A DNA stretch of 41,585 nucleotides from a virus (Duplodnaviria; Caudoviricetes), in IMG/VR virus record IMGVR_UViG_3300037605_000066, positions 1-41,585 of that record; one strand, written 5' to 3'. Positions 8,199-16,312 of the stretch are shown in pieces. The notes beneath the pieces were generated by a model, which worked only from the letters and a program-made list of their open reading frames with translations, did not search any database and had not been told where the DNA came from. Position numbers and translations under genes: made by a program. Positions within the stretch are counted from its first letter, which is position 1. Every line of letters starts with the position of its first letter.

Positions 8199-8563
8199 TG
8201 GTGGGTTTGTTTGATCGAGTTGGGCGGGATCGGATCGCGGAGCAGTTCGAGGTGTTTGATCGGGCGCATCCGGAGGTGTATCTGGCGTTTAAGCGGTACG
8301 CGCTGGAGCTGTACCAGGCGGGCCGGCGGAGGGGGTCGGCTCGGGATGTGCTGGGGCGGGTGCGTTGGGAGACGGCGGTGAATCCGCGGTACCAGGCGAA
8401 CGGGGAGTTCAAGGTGAACAACAATTTTGCGGCGGTGATGGCTCGGAAGGTGATGGAGGAGGAGCCGGGGTTGGCGGGGTTTTTTGAGACGAGGGAGCGG
8501 AAGAGTGTGGCCCCCGGAAGTGGTGCAAGTGCTAAGCCGCGAGCGGCGGGAGGTGGGGTATGA
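8195..8563 (+). CDS. Phage hypothetical protein
   Basis: FDRAHPEVY...RVRWE...FKVNNNF pattern; coupled start and stop. Confidence 0.75.
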   Translation: MMVGLFDRVGRDRIAEQFEVFDRAHPEVYLAFKRYALELYQAGRRRGSARDVLGRVRWETAVNPRYQANGEFKVNNNFAAVMARKVMEEEPGLAGFFETRERKSVAPGSGASAKPRAAGGGV

Positions 8564-9840
8564 GTAGTGCGATTGAATGGACTGAAGAAACGTGGAATCC
8601 GGTGGTGGGGTGTAGTTTTGCGAGCGAGGGTTGCCGTAACTGTTATGCGGTGGGTATGACGCATCGGCTGGGTTCGATGGCGTTGGCTGATATAGACAAA
8701 GGCAAAGACCCAGGTAAAAAAGGCGACTACGTTGCGCTTACCGTGAAAAACAGTCGAGGTGTGCGTCATTTCAACGGGCAGGTGCGAACGATTGACTCGG
8801 CGTTGTCGGTGCCGCTGAGGCGCAAGACGCCGACGCGGTACTTCGTGAACAGCATGGCGGATTTGTTTCACCCGAAGGTGCCGTTTGATTTCATCGACAA
8901 GGTGTTTGCGGTGATGGCGTTGTGTCCGCAGCACACGTTTCAGGTGTTGACGAAGCGGCCGGAGCGGATGGCGGAATACACAAATGAGCTTTACTCGGGT
9001 CAGAGAAGCATCGGCGACGCTTCGGATGGAATGTGGAGCAGCATGATGGCATCGCGTCTACAGGTCGCCGCTGCATTTGGTGTAAAGCCTGGTGGCGGTG
9101 TTGGCATCAGGACCGATCACCCATTGAAAAACGTCTGGCTCGGCACGTCGGTCGAGGACCAGGCGACTGCGGATGAGCGCATCCCGCACCTGCTTCGATG
9201 CCCGGCGGCGGTACGGTGGTTGTCGTGTGAGCCGCTGCTGGGGGCGGTGGATATTACTTGCGGGCTTCCGCATTACAAGTGCGACGCCGGCGAGATGGAC
9301 GCGATCTACCACGGCGAGCGCTGTAAGACAGACGATTGCGGATGGCGAGGTCTTGAGCATCCGGACAAACAGCGGAGGATTGAGACGACGACACCAGGCG
9401 GTATCGAGTCGGGGCTATGTCGATGCTTGCAGGCTGGCGTGGATCGGATCTATGGCGGCGTTGATTGGGTCGTAGCCGGCGGCGAGTCGGGCAAGGGCGC
9501 GAGGCCGATGCACCCTGATTGGGCTCGATCGCTACGGGATCAGTGCCAGGCGGCCGGCGTGCCGTTCTTCTTTAAGCAGTGGGGCCATTGGGTGCCATAC
9601 GAGCAAAGCGCTCAGGCTCCGATGCTGATCGGGCAGGATGGGCGCGAGGTCGATGGGCACGCGATCCCGCCTGATTGCGTGGATCAAGTGAATCAAGAAG
9701 TTGGCGGTTGGATGATGGACGATCAGTGCGATGTGTATCGGCGTGTTTATAAGAAGGCCGCGGGGCGGTTGTTGGATGGGGTGGAGCACAATGAGTACCC
9801 GGCCGCTGAAGCGGCCTCGGCCGTGGGAGATAAGGGATGA
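8560..9840 (+). CDS. Phage Gp37/Gp68 family (DUF5131) protein
   Basis: IEWTEETWNPVVGC...GCRNCYA, FVNSMADLFH, FQVLTKRPERM, NVWLGTSVE, DWVVAGGESG, FFFKQWG. Confidence 0.93.
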   Translation: MSSAIEWTEETWNPVVGCSFASEGCRNCYAVGMTHRLGSMALADIDKGKDPGKKGDYVALTVKNSRGVRHFNGQVRTIDSALSVPLRRKTPTRYFVNSMADLFHPKVPFDFIDKVFAVMALCPQHTFQVLTKRPERMAEYTNELYSGQRSIGDASDGMWSSMMASRLQVAAAFGVKPGGGVGIRTDHPLKNVWLGTSVEDQATADERIPHLLRCPAAVRWLSCEPLLGAVDITCGLPHYKCDAGEMDAIYHGERCKTDDCGWRGLEHPDKQRRIETTTPGGIESGLCRCLQAGVDRIYGGVDWVVAGGESGKGARPMHPDWARSLRDQCQAAGVPFFFKQWGHWVPYEQSAQAPMLIGQDGREVDGHAIPPDCVDQVNQEVGGWMMDDQCDVYRRVYKKAAGRLLDGVEHNEYPAAEAASAVGDKG

Positions 9841-10181
9841 ACCAACTCGGCTTGTTTGGTGATGTTCCGAGTCAGCGGTGGGATCGCGTGTTTTATTACG
9901 GCGGGATTGTTCAGCTTCGGATTGATCATCGGCACTTGATGTACATGATTGATATTCAAGCTGTCGGGCTGTCTCACAAGCCGCGATATGAGGTGCAGTT
10001 GCGGCGGTGGAATAATAAAAAGTACACGCTTCGAACCAGTGCGCGCGGGTTCAAGTCTTGGCGGCGGTTGTTTAAAACATTGCCCGAGGCGGATCAGCTG
10101 GCGGCGCGGTTGGAGGCGTTGTTGAAGAGTCGGCGGGCGCGACGAGTCGCGGCGCTTCGTGGTGAGAGGGTTGGGGTATGA
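9837..10181 (+). CDS. Hypothetical basic protein
   Basis: ATGA-coupled; MNQLGLFG start. Confidence 0.7.
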   Translation: MNQLGLFGDVPSQRWDRVFYYGGIVQLRIDHRHLMYMIDIQAVGLSHKPRYEVQLRRWNNKKYTLRTSARGFKSWRRLFKTLPEADQLAARLEALLKSRRARRVAALRGERVGV

Positions 10182-10702
10182 CGGAGCGGGAGATTCAGAA
10201 TGCTTTTGCGCGTCGGCGGACGGCGTGGGGGTTGTTGTTGCCGAATTACACGCCGGGGGATTGGTATGAGTGTGATTTGTTTGCGGTGACGAAGGCCGGG
10301 TATTTGGTTGAGCATGAGATCAAGTTGACGGTCGCGGACTTTAAGGCGGATGAGAAGAAGGGTCGGCCGGCGCGGCGGTACGCTCGGGCGAGTGCGCGGA
10401 ATCCGATTGTTGAGACGAAGCATGAGCGGCTGGCGGCGCGGGATGAATCGGGCCCGAGTCGGTTTAATTACATCGTGCCGCGCGGCCTGGTTTCGGTTGA
10501 TGATGTGCCGGAGTGGGCGGGGTTGATCTATGCGGATGTGCACCTGGATTACCCGTCGAAGGGCCGGCGATGGATTTGGTTTGAGGATGTGAAGGCCGCG
10601 CCGCGATTGCACAAGGTGAAGGTGACGGAGGCGGTGATGAAGCACGCGAAGGGCGTTTGTTATTACCGGTATTGGAATGAGCGATTGCGGGGTGTGGCAT
10701 GA
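10178..10702 (+). CDS. PD-(D/E)xK nuclease-like (MmcB-like) protein
   Basis: ECDLFAV...EHEIKLTVADFKAD...FNYIVP...PEWAGLI. Confidence 0.75.
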   Translation: MTEREIQNAFARRRTAWGLLLPNYTPGDWYECDLFAVTKAGYLVEHEIKLTVADFKADEKKGRPARRYARASARNPIVETKHERLAARDESGPSRFNYIVPRGLVSVDDVPEWAGLIYADVHLDYPSKGRRWIWFEDVKAAPRLHKVKVTEAVMKHAKGVCYYRYWNERLRGVA

Positions 10703-11574
10703 GCGAGGCGGTGATGAGGGTGAATGCGTTGGCGCAGTGGTTCGGGTCGAATCGGGCGTTGGCGGAGCGGGTGGGTGTGGAGCTGGGGCGGCTTTCGTGG
10801 TGTGGTGTGCCGTTCATGGGTGGGGCTTGTGAGTTGCCTTTTATTGATTGTCGGCAGGGTGTGGCGAATGATATGCATGCGCACGTGGTGAATCTGGCGC
10901 GGGTGGTGGCGGATCCGGCGTTGAAGGGTCGGCTGGCGTCGCGGGTGGAGGGGTTGTTGTTTCACCCGGCGGAGTTGGCGTTGGCTCAGTCGCGTTGTAT
11001 CGATCGGGATGCGGATGCGAATGGTGGTTTGTTTGTCGATGTGCGGCCGGCGCGGCCCGATGTGGCGAGCGTGGAGTGGGCGGCGGACTACCTGGTGTGT
11101 TCGTGGTTTGGGCGAGGGGGGCTGAGCGGGACGCGGGGAGAGTTTCGGCAGAAGGTGAGTGCGCGGTATAGCCCTGAGGGTGGGGGGAGCGGCCGACGGT
11201 GGCGGTCGGCGGTGGAGTCGCTGGACGCGTGGCATGCGGCGCTGAAGGGTTGGGAGTTTGAGCAGGAGGACGGGCTGGTGTTTCTAGACAAGGTGCACGA
11301 TCGGCCTGGGGTGGGGCTGTACGTGGATGCGCCTTGGCCTGAGGATGGGGATGGGTATGTGCACCGGTTCACGGAGCGGCACCAGCGGGTGCTGGCGGCG
11401 AAGCTGAACGGGTTTGAGCATGTGAAGGTGGTGGTGCGGTATGGGGATCATCCGTTGATTCGGGAGCTATACCAGCCGGCGGATGGTTGGCGGTGGATTG
11501 AGCAGGGGAGTAAGGACATGCATGGGGGTGAGGTGGAGGAGGTTTTGATTGTGAAGAGTAGGGAGGCGGATTGA
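10699..11574 (+). CDS. Dam-like (D12 class) DNA adenine methyltransferase
   Basis: WFGS, PFMGGA (motif I), NDMHAHVVN, LYVDAPW (DPPY position), EVLIV C-terminus. Confidence 0.8.
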   Translation: MSEAVMRVNALAQWFGSNRALAERVGVELGRLSWCGVPFMGGACELPFIDCRQGVANDMHAHVVNLARVVADPALKGRLASRVEGLLFHPAELALAQSRCIDRDADANGGLFVDVRPARPDVASVEWAADYLVCSWFGRGGLSGTRGEFRQKVSARYSPEGGGSGRRWRSAVESLDAWHAALKGWEFEQEDGLVFLDKVHDRPGVGLYVDAPWPEDGDGYVHRFTERHQRVLAAKLNGFEHVKVVVRYGDHPLIRELYQPADGWRWIEQGSKDMHGGEVEEVLIVKSREAD

Positions 11575-12020
11575 TGTATTTGGGTGGTTCGGTGCGTCGG
11601 GCGGATCGTCGGTTTGAGGATTGGCACGCGGAGGGGTTTGAGCGGTTTGGAATCTTCCCGATGCGTTGGTTTTGGTGTCCGAAGTGTGGTCTGGTGCACA
11701 CGCCGGCGCACGCGGCGGGGGTCGGGGTTGAGGATGATCGACAGGGGTGCGTGTGTCCGGAGAGGTTGGGCGGGTGTGGGTTTCCGTGGTTTGGTTGCCG
11801 GGATGTGGGCGAGTATTACCGTCGGTTTATGACGCCGCGGATTGATGCGGATGGGATGGTTTCGATCGCGAAGGATGGTGATCGGGTTGCGTTTCGCGTG
11901 TTGCCATACTGTCCGGTGGGTTTTGAGCCGGGCGAGGGGAGTGGTCCGGTTTGTTTGTTGGGTGTGGCGTCGGCTAATCGCGATGAACCGCGGCGGTTGA
12001 CTCGTGGGGGTGGATCGTGA
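11574..12020 (+). CDS. Cys-rich hypothetical protein
   Basis: CPKC, CVCP, GGCG; coupled on both sides. Confidence 0.65.
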   Translation: MYLGGSVRRADRRFEDWHAEGFERFGIFPMRWFWCPKCGLVHTPAHAAGVGVEDDRQGCVCPERLGGCGFPWFGCRDVGEYYRRFMTPRIDADGMVSIAKDGDRVAFRVLPYCPVGFEPGEGSGPVCLLGVASANRDEPRRLTRGGGS

Positions 12021-12613
12021 GGGTGTTGGCGCTTGATCCGAGTTCGTCGTGTACGGGGTATGCGGTGTTGGAGGGTTTGTTGCCTGGGGAGTTGTTGGAG
12101 GGGGGATTGTTGAAGCCGAGCGATTCGAAGTATGTCTGGGCAGGTAGCGCGGAGGCGTCGTTGTCGGATGTGTCGGCGTGGCTTGGCTCGGGTGAGTTGG
12201 CGGCTTATCGTCGAGTGATTGAGACGTTGGAGGATGTGCGTGAGTTGGTTGAGCGGGTGAAGCCTGATCGTGTGGTGTTGGAGGTGCCGAGCGGAAAGGT
12301 GGGGACGGGAGCGCGGCGTGGTGCGCGTGGATCGCTGACGACGTATGGGATGGCTGCGGGCGCGGTGTGGTCGGTGTGTCGGGAGCTGGCCCCCGGAATT
12401 GGTGCGGCGGTGATCCCGGTGACGGAGCGGCAGTGGACAAAGGATGCGGGGAGCAAGGCGAAGCGGGTTGCGCTGGTGAAGTCGGTGTATGGTCGGCGGT
12501 ATGACGCGTCGGCGGATGATGGTATGGATACGGCGGATGCGATCGGGCTGGGGAGGTGGTATTGGCGTCGGTGTTTTGAGGGTGGGGTTGTTTCGAGGCG
12601 TTTAGCCGAGTAG
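12017..12613 (+). CDS. RuvC-like Holliday junction resolvase
   Basis: RVLALDPSSSCTGYAV, VVLEVP, DTADAIGL acidic catalytic motifs. Confidence 0.85.
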   Translation: MRVLALDPSSSCTGYAVLEGLLPGELLEGGLLKPSDSKYVWAGSAEASLSDVSAWLGSGELAAYRRVIETLEDVRELVERVKPDRVVLEVPSGKVGTGARRGARGSLTTYGMAAGAVWSVCRELAPGIGAAVIPVTERQWTKDAGSKAKRVALVKSVYGRRYDASADDGMDTADAIGLGRWYWRRCFEGGVVSRRLAE

Positions 12614-12653
12614 GATTCGTGAGCAGACGCCGTCCGCGTAGTGAGGCGGTCGC
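12588..12653 (+). promoter_or_regulatory. Putative late promoter and conserved leader, copy 1
   Basis: TTGTTT-N17-TAGGAT, then ACGCCGTCCGCGT (12627-12639)-N5-GGCGG-N4-GTG start. Confidence 0.6.
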
Positions 12654-13100
12654 GTGTCTACATTGATTTCAGGTGATGCGACGTTTGAGTCGTCGGGCTC
12701 GGTTTGGGGCCCGGTGGGGATTTGTCTTGCGCACACGGGACCGACGAGCGCGACGGTGTTGACGGATGTTGAGCTTTTTGGTGTGACGATTCCGGCGGGT
12801 TATGACACGGATGGTGCGAGTGTTCCGCGTGCGTTTTACAACGTGATTGCGCGTTTTACTGATGCGCTGCCGGCGGCGCTGGTGCATGATTTTCGTTATG
12901 ACCCTTGGCCTGATGCGGATGGGGTGAAGCGTCGGGTGATGACGCGTGGCGAGGCGGATCGTGAGTTTCTTCGGAATTTGCGGGCGAGTGGTTTGAGCCG
13001 GCGTCGGTCGTGGTTGGCGTATAGCGCGGTGCGCGCGGCGGGTTGGCGTGCTTGGAATGCTGGCACGTCGCGCGGGACGTTGAATATAGGAGAGGTGTGA
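12654..13100 (+). CDS. DUF1353-like phage protein
   Basis: IPAGYDTDGASVPR, AALVHDFRY, RGEADREF, AYSAVRAAG. Confidence 0.85.
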   Translation: MSTLISGDATFESSGSVWGPVGICLAHTGPTSATVLTDVELFGVTIPAGYDTDGASVPRAFYNVIARFTDALPAALVHDFRYDPWPDADGVKRRVMTRGEADREFLRNLRASGLSRRRSWLAYSAVRAAGWRAWNAGTSRGTLNIGEV

Positions 13101-13387
13101 TGACGCGATCGTTTTTTGAAAACGCGATTGTTGCGGTGTTGCTTGGTTTGGCGGTGCTGATGATGTGCGTTGGTTGCTCGGTGAAGCAGGCGGAGGTGAT
13201 CAAGCCGGATGGGACGGTGGTTCGTGTGACGATCAATTCAATTCTGACGAGCGAGCGTAGCGAGGGGTTGAGCTACGGGCGGGTGGATGGCGAGGTGATG
13301 TTGGAGCTGGGGCCGATGGGTGCTGATCCGGAGGCGGAGCAGTTGGGGGCGATTTTGGGTGCGGCGATCAAGGAAGCGACGCGATAG
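13100..13387 (+). CDS. Putative lipoprotein
   Basis: Hydrophobic signal ending in CVGC lipobox; GAGG RBS. Confidence 0.7.
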   Translation: MTRSFFENAIVAVLLGLAVLMMCVGCSVKQAEVIKPDGTVVRVTINSILTSERSEGLSYGRVDGEVMLELGPMGADPEAEQLGAILGAAIKEATR

Positions 13388-13402
13388 CAGGGACGCGAGG
13401 TG

Positions 13403-13425
13403 CGGGCAGGGATGCCCGATTTTTT
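13403..13425 (+). terminator. Terminator-like hairpin abutting the next start codon
   Basis: CGGGCA-ggga-TGCCCG-A-T6 directly before ATG 13426. Confidence 0.45.
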
Positions 13426-14022
13426 ATGACGATTGAAGCCGTTATTGAGTTGGTCGTTGTGACGATTGTTGGCGTGTTGACCGTGACAACGGCCGGCGTT
13501 TATGCGGTTCGAAAACATTGGGAGAGTTTTCGCGATGTGATGTTGCAGGATGCGAAGTCTGTGCAGCGAAAGATTGAATCGACGACGGCGGTGATGAATG
13601 GGGCGCTTCAGGATTTTTGCGAGCCGCTGGATTACCCGTGTTGGTACAAGCTGGCGGAGTATCAGGAAGACGGGACCGTTGTTTTTTACATGCAGTATTT
13701 GAACGCTGCGTATGAACGGGAGTTTGGTAAGCCGCGCGATGAGTATGTGGGCCAGACAGATTTTCAGGTTTGGCCGCGTGAGATTGCGGAGGTGTTTTTT
13801 GCTCACGATGCTTCGGTTTTGGCGAGCGGTAAGCAGACGCGGTTCGTTGAGCAGGTGCCGGTGAATATCAACAATCCGTCGGGTCCGAAGGTCGCGCGGG
13901 AGTTTGATAAGTGGATCATCAAGCGCAATGGCAAGGTGGGCATTGCGGGGATGATGCGGCCGGTGATTGCTGAGGTGATTGTGGATGATGATGGTCAGAT
14001 CAATGGAGATGGCGATGCGTAA
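13426..14022 (+). CDS. Membrane-anchored PAS-fold protein
   Basis: One N-terminal TM helix; YLNAAYEREFGKPRDEYVGQTDFQVWPREIAEVFFAHDASVL is a PAS_4-type signature. Confidence 0.8.
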   Translation: MTIEAVIELVVVTIVGVLTVTTAGVYAVRKHWESFRDVMLQDAKSVQRKIESTTAVMNGALQDFCEPLDYPCWYKLAEYQEDGTVVFYMQYLNAAYEREFGKPRDEYVGQTDFQVWPREIAEVFFAHDASVLASGKQTRFVEQVPVNINNPSGPKVAREFDKWIIKRNGKVGIAGMMRPVIAEVIVDDDGQINGDGDA

Positions 14023-16312
14023 CACGATGTTTTGGATTGTCGGTGTTTTGGTTTGGTGCGTTTCGGGGTTGTCTGTTTTGGCCGAGCCGACGCAGTCGGA
14101 GGTGGATGAGCTGCGTGAGACGATTCGTGCGCTGAGCGAGCGGGCGAAGGCGATCAAAGATGCGAGCGATGACGAGGCGGTGAAGACGAATGCACGGGCG
14201 ATCGAGCGGATCGCGGATGTCGCACGGACGCTGGGGGTTGAGCTTGATGGGCTGGTTGATGACGCGGCGGTTGTTTCGCCTGAGCCGATTGATCCTGATA
14301 AGCCGCCGCTCGTTCCCGACCCCGGTACAGATTCGGGCGAGGGGAGCGAGCCGGCGGTTTTGGTGCCTGGCGAGGGGTGGGCGGGGCCGACGGCGACGCC
14401 GGCGAAGATTGGGGATCGTCACGAGCGTGCGGTGGCGCATTGGAACGTGGTGCCGGAGCAAAGCATCGAGGACGGATTTACGGTTGGGGTGATCGCGCAT
14501 CACCTGGACGGGGTTGATCGGGTTGAGATCGGAGTGAATGGTGCGTGGGTGACGGTGCGTGAGCCGAGCGTGAATCCTCGGACGCGGTGTGAGGAGTATT
14601 GGGTCGCGCTTGAAGTTGAGCAGGGAAGCGATGAGCCGCTCGAGTTGCGGGCGATCGTTTATCCGGTGCGTGGCACGCCTTACGTGGTTCGTCCGCTGGG
14701 CGATGCGTACAGCCAGCAGGACTTGACGCTGTACCCGTTTGAAGTTGGCGAGGTGATCGAGCTTGGCGCGGGTATTCACACGATCGATCGGCGGGACTTG
14801 CCGGAGGTGGGTTGGCTGACGATCCGGGGGAAAGATGGTCTTGATCGCGGCGAGGTCGTGATCGGCGACATCGGCACGGACTGGCACGGCGGCCGGCTGA
14901 AGTTCGAAGGCGTAACGATCACGATGGGGCCGGGCGGGAGCAACCTTCGCGGGCGTTGGTCGAGTCGTGACGATGGTCAGCATGTTTGGCTGGATGATTG
15001 CCGGGTGATCGGGAACGGGCCGGGGGATCAGACGTGGTGGACGGCGTATTTTTGGGAGACGGCGAGCTACACGGACACGGAGATCAGCGACGTTCAGACG
15101 GCGTTTCAGGGGGATGTGGGTTTGGTGAGGAATTGTCACGTTCATCACGTTTACGAAGACGTTTTTCGCATGATGGGCTTGCATGTGAACGTGTTGATCG
15201 AGGATGTGGATCGCCGGCCGCTGACGGACGCGCAGCCGGGCTTTGATGCGCCGCATCCGGATCTGTGGCAGCGGCAGACGGTGCGGGACACGATCAGCCA
15301 GGACATCACGGCGGTAAAGAACATTTATGCGCAGGGTTTTTTTCCGAATCGCGTGGAGGATGCGGCTTTGGTGCGGGTCGCGGTCGATCGCAACGGCGCG
15401 TATCGGTCGATGCAGATCATGGGTGAAACGAAGAACCTGCTGATCGCGGACAGCGCGTTTGATGGAAAGAGCCTGTTGCGCGGGAGCGTCGCGCCGGGCG
15501 AGCGGATCGTGTTGCGGAACACGGAATTGAGCGAGGACGGCGGGTGGGACGTCGATGGTGTGGAGGTGCGGAACACGATCGGGTTTTTCAACTTCGGCGG
15601 TTCTTCGCGCGAGGGGCTGGCGCAGTATCCGTCGCAGAATAAGCGGCTGATGGATGCGGGCTCGTGGCAGGCGTGGGCGTCCGCGACGGTTGATGAGTTG
15701 CCGGCGAGCGTTCGGCGGGTGTGGCTGCACAATCCGTTCGGGTTGTGGCGGAAGGCGGGTGATGACGATCGGCTGATGTGGATCGATCAGTGGTCGATGG
15801 CGCGGGGTGTGTATCGGACGGAGCTGGTGGACCCGGCGGCGTTCGCTGAGGCGGTGGCGATTTTGAAGGCGGGCGGGGTGCGTGAGGTGATCGCGTATGT
15901 GGGCTCGCCGCAGACGCTGGACGAGGTGACGTTCGACGGGGTGTACGAGCATGTTGCGATTTATCTCGATGCGGGGTGCTCGATTGGGTTTGATGCGACG
16001 TTTGACTGGCGGGCAGGCGACGCGGTGGATGAGGTGATTCAGGCGATCCGTGCGAAGGGTCATCGCGTGTACTGCGAGCCTTGGCCGCTGGCGGGGCGCG
16101 AGTACGGCGCGATTGATGGGTGGGTGATGGCGGATCGGTTTTTGGAGAATCAGGTGGCGAAGGGCTTTGTACGCGACGGCGACCTCGCGGAGTCGTTCGA
16201 CGCGGAGCAGATCGTGATTCAACGTGAGTGGGATGCGGCGGCGCTGGGCGAGCTTGATGCGACGCTGGCGGTGCGGCTTTGGTCGGAGACGGGGAGGTCG
16301 CTTTCGCGATGA
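14015..16312 (+). CDS. Secreted multidomain protein (beta-helix-like plus possible glycoside-hydrolase-like barrel)
   Basis: Signal peptide, coiled coil, pectin-lyase-like repeats (VRNCHVHHVYEDVF, PHPDLWQ), alpha/beta C-terminal domain (VWLHNPFG, IGFDA, VYCEPWP). Confidence 0.65.
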   Translation: MRNTMFWIVGVLVWCVSGLSVLAEPTQSEVDELRETIRALSERAKAIKDASDDEAVKTNARAIERIADVARTLGVELDGLVDDAAVVSPEPIDPDKPPLVPDPGTDSGEGSEPAVLVPGEGWAGPTATPAKIGDRHERAVAHWNVVPEQSIEDGFTVGVIAHHLDGVDRVEIGVNGAWVTVREPSVNPRTRCEEYWVALEVEQGSDEPLELRAIVYPVRGTPYVVRPLGDAYSQQDLTLYPFEVGEVIELGAGIHTIDRRDLPEVGWLTIRGKDGLDRGEVVIGDIGTDWHGGRLKFEGVTITMGPGGSNLRGRWSSRDDGQHVWLDDCRVIGNGPGDQTWWTAYFWETASYTDTEISDVQTAFQGDVGLVRNCHVHHVYEDVFRMMGLHVNVLIEDVDRRPLTDAQPGFDAPHPDLWQRQTVRDTISQDITAVKNIYAQGFFPNRVEDAALVRVAVDRNGAYRSMQIMGETKNLLIADSAFDGKSLLRGSVAPGERIVLRNTELSEDGGWDVDGVEVRNTIGFFNFGGSSREGLAQYPSQNKRLMDAGSWQAWASATVDELPASVRRVWLHNPFGLWRKAGDDDRLMWIDQWSMARGVYRTELVDPAAFAEAVAILKAGGVREVIAYVGSPQTLDEVTFDGVYEHVAIYLDAGCSIGFDATFDWRAGDAVDEVIQAIRAKGHRVYCEPWPLAGREYGAIDGWVMADRFLENQVAKGFVRDGDLAESFDAEQIVIQREWDAAALGELDATLAVRLWSETGRSLSR

